A stretch of 63,466 bases of DNA, the filler included, from Octopus bimaculoides (lineage: Eukaryota), in NCBI RefSeq assembly GCF_001194135.2. It is 5 parts of 5 records of this genome, joined end to end, with 100 filler letters (N's around TTAATTAATTAA, not from the genome) between each part and the next. Parts side by side here need not be neighbours in the genome. Positions count along the whole stretch, not along the records: positions 1 to 29,363 come from NC_068981.1; positions 29,464 to 38,122 come from NC_068986.1; positions 38,223 to 48,690 come from NC_068996.1; 2 more parts are not named here. One strand, 5' to 3'. The notes under the pieces were generated by a model. It searched no databases. It had not been told where the DNA came from and worked only from the letters and a program-made list of their open reading frames with translations. Below, piece after piece: positions 27,895 to 38,600 of the stretch. The first letter of the stretch is position 1. Each line of letters begins with the position of its first letter. The translations under genes were made by a program, and so were the position numbers.

Positions 27895-28200
27895 CAGTGG
27901 TTCCCAAACTGTGCGCCGTGATGCACCTGTGCACCACAAGATGTAATTAGGTGCGCCTTGAAAAAATAAGATTATATTTCAAAATATGAAAAATACAAAC
28001 TGAAATTGAATGTTTTCTGATTGGCTGCCAGCATAATGGTATACTTTTATAGGCTAATTAATGACGTGAAAGTAATTTTGCATTAAACAATGGTGGTTGC
28101 GATGTGTGCTAAAAATAATGGTTAATGTTGACATTATTACCTGGAAATGAAATTGAAAAAAAAAAATAGTATAACGGGTGTAAAAAAAGGTGCAGAAAAC
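27895..28200 (+). mobile_element. hAT element 5' end
   Basis: Begins cagtggttcccaaactg, a Charlie-type TIR; no matching right TIR seen. Confidence 0.5.
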
Positions 28201-28235
28201 GAATATGGAAACAGAAATGCATGGAAAGCAACAGA

Positions 28236-29294
28236 GAGGACTTTGGAAAATTCACAAGATCTGAGTTTTTCCCTCATAACTTTTAGGAAAATGTTTTTTT
28301 TTTAAAGAAATTTTATATAAATACTTTTAAAATGGCATACATTACAATTATAATGAAATTTGTGGGTAAAATCTTTTCTGAAAGGGTGGGGAGAGGACTT
28401 TAGAAAATTCACAAGATCCAATTTTTTTCCTTGTAACTTTAAAGAAAATGGATATCTTTTAATGAAATTGTATATATATATATACCTTTCAAACGGCATG
28501 CATTGCGGATGCCTAATATGCCACAAACCCCTTATTTTCATTCGGAAAAAAGGGGGGGGGGGAGAAACTGGAATTATTGGAAAATGTTTTTCTTTTTTTC
28601 AATGAATGAATTACGGTGACCTAATATGTCACAATCTGCAATCTGGGATTAATATATCCAGTGATTTTTAAGAGGTATGAAAAAGATATTTTGTTTTAAT
28701 ATTATAATTTTACTTGTTTTGCGCACACAAAGACTAATGTGGTTTTTGTCAGGATTTTGTATCATTCTTTCTTTCTCCTGTTCAGACTTCGTTACCACAA
28801 ATTTTAATCACTTCAGCATTTTCACTTATTATTCTTTTCAGACTTGTTTGAATTTTCAATCTAATGTATTCCACACTCTAGAAAACATATTTCTGCAAAA
28901 TGTTATCTTAAAATATGGGTAAGAAAGGTGGCTAATGCAGTTTCGCATCTCACCTTCAAAAACGCATTTATTGGGGTTCCCCACCTTTTCCAAACAAAAG
29001 TAAGGGGTTTGCAGCACACTGGGCATCTGTAATGCATGTCGTTTGAAAGGTATTTATAAACAATTTCATTAAAAAATATCCATTTTCCTTAAAGTTACGA
29101 GGGAAAAAATCGGATCTTGTGAATTTTCCAAAGTCCTCTCCCCACCCCCTCGGAAAAGATTTTACCCACAATTTTTTTATAATCGTAATGTATACCGTTT
29201 GAAAGGTATTTATATAAAATTTCATTTCAAAAACCCCATTTTCCTAAAAGTTATGAGGGAAAAACTTGGATCTTGTGAATTTTCTGAAGTCTTC
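28236..29294. repeat. Long inverted repeat (about 330-bp arms, about 400-bp spacer), foldback-like
   Basis: 28236-28568 is the reverse complement of 28973-29294; each arm has two units about 156 bp apart. Confidence 0.85.
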
Positions 29295-29363
29295 TTGTCT
29301 CGTCCCCTCATCCCAGTTGCTTTCCGTGCATTTTTGCTTTCTTATTTGTTTCCTGTATCCTTT

Positions 29364-29463
29364 NNNNNNNNNNNNNNNNNNNNNNNNNNNNNNNNNNNNN
29401 NNNNNNNTTAATTAATTAANNNNNNNNNNNNNNNNNNNNNNNNNNNNNNNNNNNNNNNNNNNN
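29364..29463. other. Artificial scaffold linker (44 N + TTAATTAATTAA + 44 N)
   Basis: Identical 100-bp blocks at 38123-38222, 48691-48790 and 56976-57075; the 12-mer puts stops in all six frames. Confidence 0.9.
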
Positions 29464-29474
29464 TGTTACAATTC

Positions 29475-29943
29475 ATTTACGAAGGTGTCATTAATTTTAT
29501 TATCCGATGTAACTATTTTAAGAATGATAATAATAAAATGAATGACACAGGCGACAGCAGGTCAAAATATAGCATTAAATAGCCGAGGGATTAAAATTAA
29601 TCAAAGGACATACTAAGTATGTCTACCTGCTTGAAATAACAGTCAAAATTCGTTATTAAATCGCCAAAACTACACTGGTGGTCACTACAGAAATCAAACG
29701 AAGGCAAATTCGGTTAAGACAATCTACTTACATACAATTCAGTCACCTATGTCATTGATTCTGTTTTTATCATTCTTAAAATAGTTACATTGGATAATAA
29801 TAGAATTAATGACACCTTCGTAAATTAATTTTAATAAATTATTTTTCTCGTAAATTGTATCGAGATTATTATTTTTTACACTGGTAGCTGCTCTTATTTC
29901 AAGCAGGTAGTCATACCTAGTATGTCCTTCGGTTAATTTTAAT
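29475..29943. repeat. Two interleaved inverted-repeat pairs
   Basis: A 29475-29555 / A' 29742-29825; B 29590-29639 / B' 29894-29943. Confidence 0.8.
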
Positions 29944-30049
29944 ATATATATATAACATAAATAATATATAAATATATACATATATACATACATATATGTA
30001 CATACCCACATATATATGTATATATACAAGCATATATGGGTACAGGACA

Positions 30050-30215
30050 TCAAAAAGTCAAGAAAATGAGAAACGAGAACATAAAAAACAAAAACAGAAA
30101 ACGAATTTTTTTTTCGAACAACGAAAGAAACAAATAGATAAACGAGACAGGCAACATAAAGAACATTCCCCTTCATCAGTTGTCCCCTGTTTTATCTACT
30201 CCGTGTTTACGAAGG
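30050..30215 (-). mobile_element. Repeat related to 35316-35398 (putative Penelope-type pLTR), degenerate hammerhead core
   Basis: Minus strand: ccttcgtaaac...taaaacaggggacaactgatgaaggggaatgttcttta. Confidence 0.5.
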
Positions 30216-30727
30216 ATTTCTTTCAGTTTCCATCTACCAAATCCACTCACAAGGCTTTGGTCGGCCCGAGGATATAGTAGAAGATACTTGCTCAAGGTGT
30301 CACGCAGTGGGACTGAACCCAGCACCATGTGGCTGAGAAGCAAGCTTCTTACCACACAGCCACTCCTGCGCTTGCTTAGTAGAAATTTCAGAATACATTG
30401 ATTAGAAGAATAGTTGTTAACCACTCACCAAGCTTTTAGTCGTGGATTATGGATTAGTATTCGAGTAATTAACTCTGCTTCGGTTATTGGTGTTACCTTT
30501 GAAGTTGATAATGATTGCCGATGTCATCGATGAAGCATAATTCTTTCACTGTTCGTTAATTGTGAGTGTTAATTAAGCTGACAGTGGTCGTCATTGATGT
30601 TAATGTTGCTGGTTAATTCAGTTTGTTTGCAAAGCCGTTAAACATCACTGCTCTGTGATAGCGTGCTTCAACTGACCATTACTGTAAAGGACGTGACTGT
30701 TGTCGGTAGAGACTCGTAACGGGTTCT

Positions 30728-30840
<113 letters not shown>

Positions 30841-31316
30841 CACATACACACAAATACACACACACGCGCATATATATATATATATAAAGGAAACAAAGAA
30901 TGGAACAAGAACGTAAGAGGCGACAACAAAACACCCGGATAGTTAGACGGTACAGAAAAGGAGAGGAAAAGACAAGGACGGGTCATTCGGAGCTTCCTAT
31001 CCTCAGTCGAGTTCCAGATCGTCTTTGCAGTTTAGGCCGGTTATACCCGAGACTGCTCCAATCTGGCCGGCCCCAAGAAAATCTAAGCTAAGACCACTAG
31101 ATTCTTTAGAAGAAATTACTCGAATGTATACGAAAACAAGGACGGAAGAAGAAACGGAGAAATGGTACACAATTACAAATGCAAAGAACAGGACACTAAC
31201 AACAGGTGTCTTTCGACTAAGGACGAATTAAATTAAGTTGGCGTGTGTGGAAGTGAGGCCTTACGGCAGGAGCACAGAAGATGAAAGTCATATATATAAA
31301 CACGCACATACGCATG

Positions 31317-31386
<70 letters not shown>

Positions 31387-31754
31387 TACATATATACATG
31401 CAATTAAACACGAGACAAGGGAATTGAAATAACGTAATCAACTTCATTAGCTTGCAGTTGTTTCTGTCATAGGAAGGAGTGACGTACATGCATATGCCTG
31501 TAGCTTACTCGGAACAACTTCATTTTACATTTAGTACTCAAATAACGATTTAGACTGAGTCAGACAATTTATGACATAACTTACCTGATAACGCTGTGAA
31601 TGCAAAACGAAACGTTTGAGTAGTAACAACCTGACTCAATTTCACAATAAATATTAATCTCTACGGTTGTATTGAGTACTCTCTCTTCCGAAAATCACCA
31701 TGAAATGCACTTCTGCGCGCGCGTGCATGTGTGTGTGCCCGTGTAAATATAGAA

Positions 31755-32310
31755 TAGTGGTACAATGCGCCAATATTTTCTGGAAATAGCAGTCGATAAT
31801 ATACGACGCTATGGTAAAGCTTCACTCTATATATACCGGCGGAGATGTTTGAGGGCGGCGAACATGAAACATTTCATCTTACCTGTAAGAAGAGCATTAA
31901 AGAAATGTACAACCCAGATGTGGATAATCTAGGACCTAGGTTTCGAACTTTCCAAATTACGTTTGTTATCGTAAATTTGATTAGTTCTCTTCGACTAGAT
32001 TCAGCTAGACAAAATTTCGAATGTTACTACATCAATGCCAGCATATACTCGTCTGAACGCCTGGCCGTTTACAGACCGAGAACATAGAAAAGGTTTTGAA
32101 AGAAAAAAAATTATTTAATAGCGCAATGCAGTAGTATTGCTTCCCAAAGCACCATCAGGTTAAAGTATATATAAAGAAAAGTAGTACAACAATGCACCAA
32201 TATTTACTGAAAATAGCAGTCGATAATATACGACGCTATAGTAAAGCTTCACTCTATATATATATAGGCAAAGGTGTTTGCGGGTGGCGAACATAACAAA
32301 TTTCATCTTA
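31755..32310. repeat. About 130-bp direct repeat, two copies (31755-31881 and 32180-32310)
   Basis: Shared aatagcagtcgataatatacgacgctat.gtaaagcttcactctatatata...ggcgaaca...atttcatctta. Confidence 0.85.
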
Positions 32311-33149
32311 ATAATAAAATGTCACGACAAAAGAATGAGATCTCGATATTAGAGAAATAGAGAATTATTTATATATGTTATAAATTAGAAGAAACAGTAA
32401 ACGGTTGTCAGAACAGTACTCGTAGTTTCGAATGCTGTTACTTCTCTAAGATACATTGGACTCAGTGATGAGTACTGTGCGACATCTTATACCTTCCTCA
32501 GAGCCAAACATATGAAGTCTATGTTTCCTACGGTAAGCATTTAAATCCATATATTATGTTCTGTACCCTCCTGACGCTTTACTTTAAAGCATAAGTATAT
32601 TGTGTTTGTTTCTTCTCATATAATATCAATGAATCGTTATTATTGTACTTGTGATAACTGATGTTTGAGGCGAGTTTGTTCCACTGAACAAAACTGCTCA
32701 TGGAACAAACTGAACATAGTTTAAAATCCTATTGGGTTTTGTTCGTGAAATTAAATGAAAAAGGAGATTCGGTATTGATGCATATCTGCAGCCATGTTTA
32801 CTTTACATTCTTATCGGTTCCTTCAGCTTAAGTTGAGGAGAAGGCATTCAAGAAGTAGAAGTTGCTGAACGAGGCCTCACCAAAAACTATCGGAGCTATT
32901 GCTATAGTAACGGAGCTAAATTAGGCAGAGGGAAGCTGCTTGGCGCAGATTGACCTTGGACTCTGTTGCGCATGCACACAAAGTTGTAACATTCGCGCTC
33001 GCTTCCGTTGTATATAGCAGTGCTAGGAAGTAATGTGTAGATTGTGGTCGTGTCAATAAGAAGATAGGGCTTCAACTGCGCAGAATCTGTGTGATTGTGT
33101 CGTGGAAGACGGAAACATTTTGTAAATGTTCCATGGGTATTGCGCTGAA

Positions 33150-33332
33150 ACAAAGGTTGAATTTTCGCATTGGATTTCATAACAAGATTTCAAGACATCG
33201 AAGAAATCCAAGAGAATGCAAAGAGGCAGCTGCTCGCTATCGCTACAGAGTTCGAGGAATGCTCTCATAAAATGGAAACGACACTGTATAACGCGTTTGG
33301 CTTCAGAGGAAGACTACTTCGAAGGAGATTAA
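33150..33332 (+). mobile_element. Mariner transposase C-terminal remnant
   Basis: With a 1-nt frameshift reads RFQDIEEIQENAKRQLLAIATEFEECSHKWKRHCITRLASEEDYFEGD*; the terminal DYFEGD* is typical of mariner. Confidence 0.75.
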
Positions 33333-33704
33333 ATGACAAATTGATATGTGCTGTAACAGCGTATAATTTATATCGTTTAGTTTTGTCTGGCATGAACTGA
33401 AATCTTAGCAGTGTTTGACAGTCGTGAGAAAAGAGCGCTCAGGTGGCTAAGAGTTGCTTTCACTTACATTTCCAGCAACGCTTGTGATCACTAGCATCCT
33501 CCGTCACTCCAGTGATGACTATACTTGTTGCCGTTCGGTTGTAAATTAGGAATAGCCTCCTTAATAATTTTTGTATATATGGAATGAAATAAGTGGAGCA
33601 AAAGCACACACGAAGGCGGAAAGTGTCACTGAAGAGGTCACAGATGTGTGACGAAAGATTTCCCGGACAATAGACATGTGATAGAATAAGAACAGTAATA
33701 AACG

Positions 33705-33924
33705 ACATTATTTACATTTGTCGGGTATTTGTCCTCGTCTTGTTTGTTGTTAACACAACGTTTCGGCTGATAGACCCTCCAGATTTCAGCAGGTGTCTTG
33801 GGGAAATTTCAAACCTGGGTTCTCATTCCTAAGGTATTTTTCGATATGCCCATGGGCATATGGCGTAGTGGTTAAGAGCGTGGGTTACTAACCCCAAGAT
33901 TCCGAGTACGATTCCAGGCAGTGA

Positions 33925-33999
<75 letters not shown>

Positions 34000-34175
34000 G
34001 ATCGAAAAATACCTTAGGAATGAGAATCCAGGTTCGATATTTCATCAAGACTCCAGATGAAGGCTGGCGGGTATATCAGCTGAAGTGTTGTTTTAACAAC
34101 AAACAAGATGATGACAAATATCTCTCAAATGTAAATAATGTAAATAATGTAAATAATTCCTCATCTCTTAAATAT
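33705..34175 (+). mobile_element. tRNA-headed SINE-like element (family C) with hammerhead-like body and an upstream inverted body copy
   Basis: Body reversed 33705-33845; A box tggcgtagtgg 33861-33871; B box gagtacgattcc 33904-33915; (AAT)n; body 34001-34160; flanking direct repeat agaacagtaataaacga. Confidence 0.8.
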
Positions 34176-34267
34176 AGAACAGTAATAAACGAATATATAG
34201 TGGTTGTGTTTATATGGCGAAAAAAGAAACAGCAAAAAACAAAAACAAATTTGCAACACAAATTCAT

Positions 34268-34306
<39 letters not shown>

Positions 34307-35315
34307 AACACAAACAAACACCCACCCACACACATATACATGCATATATCAATTTGTGCGTATCTCAATGATCGTGGTTATGACCGAGCAGTAAACCAGC
34401 TTGTGTTTCGCTAACAGGATTCTCTGGAGGAATACTGATGAAATATTCTCAATCTATCATCCAATCAGTAACGCAATCAGCACAATCCTAACTTGTTAAA
34501 TGATATTAGGTACACTGCAAATCCAATTTCCGTAACAACATTTGCTGCACACGTCACACAGTGTAAAAATATAATTAATGAAGATTGAAGAAAATGAATA
34601 TTTATTCATTTTCGTTTGTTATATTTATATATTCATTAAGTGATCTTGTCAAGAATCTCTATATATCTAAACATATTCCATTGACCGTGTTTCTATACTA
34701 GATAAAAGCAGTAGATTTTTTTGTTTTCAAAATGGTGGTTAGTTCTTGTTTTCATCGCCGTAAGCAGACGAGCGAGAGACATATTCTTCCCTGGATTTAA
34801 GATCGAGTTGTTAAAAGTGCGTTTGCCCTTATTCTCCTCATCCATATTAACTTTAGGGTGACAGACATGCATATATGCATATGCATACATACGTACGTGC
34901 GTTCAAATATACATACATACATACATACACACACAATTCTTCCTCTGTTACTACTACGTATCTCTTTTTTCCCCCTCGTACTTTCTCTCTTTCTCTCGTT
35001 GCTCACCTATTCTTCTACTTCCTCCCTTTGTTTCTCCCTTTACCACTCTCTCTCTTCCCCTTACACCAGCATGGTCACATGCTTCCGATCAATAATCCTT
35101 TTCTTCCTTGGCTATCGCCGAGCAAACACGCGAGCTCACTTCGTCCCTACTTTCAAGTTCGTGCCTCACAGCGTTCATACACACATAATTTTTCCCGTCT
35201 GGCCGTAAAGCCTCTTCTGTCTCTTTTCCTGCCTTGTTTTTTGTCCGCCACTACATCCCTCCATGGCAAGGTTTAATTTGTGTATACAAATTTAATTTGC
35301 GGTCCATGGGAAGAG

Positions 35316-35387
35316 CCGTTTTAACGATGCGTCCTACCCAGCTCTTCGAAACGCCGGTGTTAAAACGGGGGTAGCTGATGAAGAAGA
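35316..35387 (+). ncRNA. Putative hammerhead ribozyme with non-canonical strand order
   Basis: GUC triplet, CUGAUGA and GAAA cores, and perfect stems I (6 bp), II (5 bp) and III (4 bp plus a 10-bp extension); activity untested. Confidence 0.6.
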
Positions 35388-35785
35388 ATGTTCTCTATNN
35401 NNNNNNNNNNNNNNNNNNNNNNNNNNNNNNNNNNNNNNNNNNNNNNNNNNNNNNNNNNNNNNNNNNNNNNNNNNNNNNNNNNNNNNNNNNNNNNNNNNNN
35501 NNNNNNNNNNNNNNNNNNNNNNNNNNNNNNNNNNNNNNNNNNNNNNNNNNNNNNNNNNNNNNNNNNNNNNNNNNNNNNNNNNNNNNNNNNNNNNNNNNNN
35601 NNNNNNNNNNNNNNNNNNNNNNNNNNNNNNNNNNNNNNNNNNNNNNNNNNNNNNNNNNNNNNNNNNNNNNNNNNNNNNNNNNNNNNNNNNNNNNNNNNNN
35701 NNNNNNNNNNNNNNNNNNNNNNNNNNNNNNNNNNNNNNNNNNNNNNNNNNNNNNNNNNNNNNNNNNNNNNNNNNNNNNNNNNNNN

Positions 35786-35827
<42 letters not shown>

Positions 35828-38055
35828 CACAGAGCTATATACATACACACGCACATCTATATATAATGTTGCAGTGAATTTAGAACTTTTAGATTTTATG
35901 TGTTGATGGTTTAATATTGTTCCCTCGACAATCGCATTCTGAGTTAATTAGCCAATGATTAGTCTAATTTTGAAAACGTTGTCGTCTATTAATTGAATAA
36001 ATTGTGTGAAAACTACTTTGGGAAACTACATTGCCAAAACAATTTAGTTGCCTGTTGGCTTGTGCTTCAAATTCTAATCCTTCATAAGCCAAGCCTTGCA
36101 AGTCGACCGAGTTCTTTTAGACGAATAATATACGTATATTCATGTAGTCATGTTTATCACGTTCGATTGTACTCGGCCTTGATAAGACCTGACGCTGTAG
36201 AAATAGCTTCAGGCGAAACTTCTCCAGTTACACTTCTGTCAATAAGTTCTTTGTTTTTGTCTATTAGTGATGTCACGTGATCGTACGGCACATGTTTCTG
36301 CGCCGTTCCGCTTTGTCCGATACAAAACTAAATCAGTCACTCACAGTTCGGCAAATCTATGTATAAAAATGGAAGTTCAAAACATTCGCGAACAATCTTT
36401 ACTGATTTTCTTTTGTAGTGTAAGATGATTCATTTTTTACTTTTATTTATGCGACCTTTTAAAGCCTAGCCAGGTTCATGTGCCCGGCTTTCCGGTTTCT
36501 ATGGCGTATTTCTGATGAAATGCATTCGTACTGCGAAGTAGGTTTGGTAGACGGAAACTGAAAGAAGCCTGTCGTATATATACAACCTACCCCCCGCTCT
36601 TATGCTATCCCGATTTTCCGGCAATCCCGCTTACTGCCATAAAATTATTCAGATCTGATTTCTGCCGATGTTGTTAACTAACGTTTAATTCGCCCGACTT
36701 TTTGCCCCATCGATGTTCGCCATCCACCAATACAATTTGAAACACAAAAGTTTCTTAATAACATAAAACTCCCCCGATTTACCGCTAAATCATAACAAAT
36801 ATACCACCCAAACAATTTTGTCATACTTGACTAGCATTTATAAACATAGATGCGCGATAGAAATCTAGAGGGCGCGAACCTTCAAATCAGGCATGCAAAT
36901 AGACAATAGCAAAACTGGGAAAGTATACCGTTTAATCGATATAGCATGTGATGACGACGATAAGTTGATATTCCCTGCTCTTGAAATTGGATCATAATTA
37001 TTTTGTTTGTTTTAATGAACAATTTCTAAAAAATCCATAATTGCAAGGGAGCCTTAAGGGAACAAGATTTAATCAGTCAAGCTATTGTTTATGCTAAAGA
37101 CATAAATGAACACAGCATCAGTTAGAGGTGATTAATACTAGTTCAAATGTTGAAGAACTTAAGATGGTTGATCCCATTCATGAAGCGATCCAGCATAATA
37201 ATGAGTGTTGTGGATTTGAAACAGTATGGACAAGAACAAGAAAGCACAGTATTAAATATGGTTGAAAGTATGTGGATCCATTTAAACAAGAAATTATTGA
37301 TATGTTTAATTTGGGTAATGAAAACGAAGCTATGAAACAAGGTCCAGGTAAAACGTTAATGGAACTGGGTCAAACTTCCATACTCTGAGTCGTATAACGA
37401 TTCTTAAAAAAGAGATTATTTTCTTTCTAGTATCATCTTTTTAAACATGAACGCTATTTCATGTGAACGCAAACGCTCTACCAGAAAAAAGAAGTTATTA
37501 TAGATCATGAAGTTTATACAAAGGCTAGTCTACAAGGTATTGCAGATTATTTCAGTGATGTATTCGTTTATTCATTTATTCTTTTACTTGTTTCAGTCAT
37601 TTGACTGTGGCCATGCTGGAGCACCGCCTTTTTAGTCGAGCAAATTGATCCCAGGACTTATTCTTTGTAAGCCTAGTACTTATTCTATATGGCAGCAGGT
37701 AATTAAAAAAGGTAAAGTGTAGTTTAATGTATATAGAGACGATCAGAAAATGGAGGAAAAACAACAAATGCTTATTAAATCCATTTGAACCCAACTAAAA
37801 TGTAAGACTTTCGAATCATTGAACATTTTCTTTTCCTATTCCTCCCTCTTACCTTCGCTCTATTCTCCTCTTTGTCTATCTCTGCCTTCTTCGTTCTGAT
37901 AACGTCTACCATTTGCAACGAGGTAAATACCTATTTACCTCAACTTTGGTACACAGAAACAGCTGTAAAATCACTCTTACCTTCACCTTGCTTAACTAAT
38001 TAAATAATGGCTTTTCAGCACCAAAGATATACTTCTATTTGTTGCTTTTCCTCCA

Positions 38056-38122
<67 letters not shown>

Positions 38123-38272
38123 NNNNNNNNNNNNNNNNNNNNNNNNNNNNNNNNNNNNNNNNNNNNTTAATTAATTAANNNNNNNNNNNNNNNNNNNNNN
38201 NNNNNNNNNNNNNNNNNNNNNNATATATATATTTATTTATATATATATATATATTTATATATATACCCATTC

Positions 38273-38355
38273 GGGTCAGTGCCCGGAATCGAACTCGGAA
38301 TCCTGGGATTAGTAACCTGCGCTCTTAACCACTACGCCATATGCTCGTGGGTATA

Positions 38356-38414
<59 letters not shown>

Positions 38415-38600
38415 TTATCACTGATAATAATAATAATAATAATAACATCGAAAAATACCTTAGGAATGAGAACTCAGGTTCGAAATTTCCCCAAGACACC
38501 TGATGAAGGCTGGTGGATGGTATATCAGCCGAAACGTTGTATTAACAACAAACAAGATGAAGAGAAATATCCATCAAATGTAAATAATGTAAATAATTAT
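38273..38600. mobile_element. Second family-C element: tRNA-like head on -, hammerhead body on +
   Basis: Head 38273-38350 (reverse-complement A box ccactacgcca, B box ggaatcgaactc); body 38447-38600. Confidence 0.8.
38495..38543 (+). ncRNA. Minimal type I hammerhead ribozyme motif (Penelope-type)
   Basis: gacac CTGATGA a ggctg (loop) cagcc GAAA cgtt gtatt; palindromic AACGTT replaces helix III; one stem I mismatch. Confidence 0.6.

Noticed and set aside
30960-31030. Minus-strand hammerhead-like motif ctgagga..gga/tcc..gaat..gtc
   Set aside because: GAAT replaces GAAA and stem I does not pair; it is part of an unclassified repeat at 30880-31235.
33170-33400. ORF ending ICAVTAYNLYRLV, resembling an IS4/IS5 transposase tail
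   Set aside because: The alternative frame gives the mariner ending DYFEGD*, so this tail is out-of-frame read-through.
33854-33926. tRNA gene
   Set aside because: A and B boxes are present but the acceptor and T stems do not close, and it is embedded in a repeat; it is a SINE head. The same applies to the other tRNA-like heads.
35060-35250. Possible GIY-YIG remnant (LYGQTGK) on the minus strand beside the hammerhead
   Set aside because: Only one short motif; too decayed to call, though worth a tblastn.
37920-37941. Perfect 9-bp hairpin gaggtaaat-acct-atttacctc giving donor-like sites on both strands
   Set aside because: A single short palindrome is plausible by chance in AT-rich DNA.
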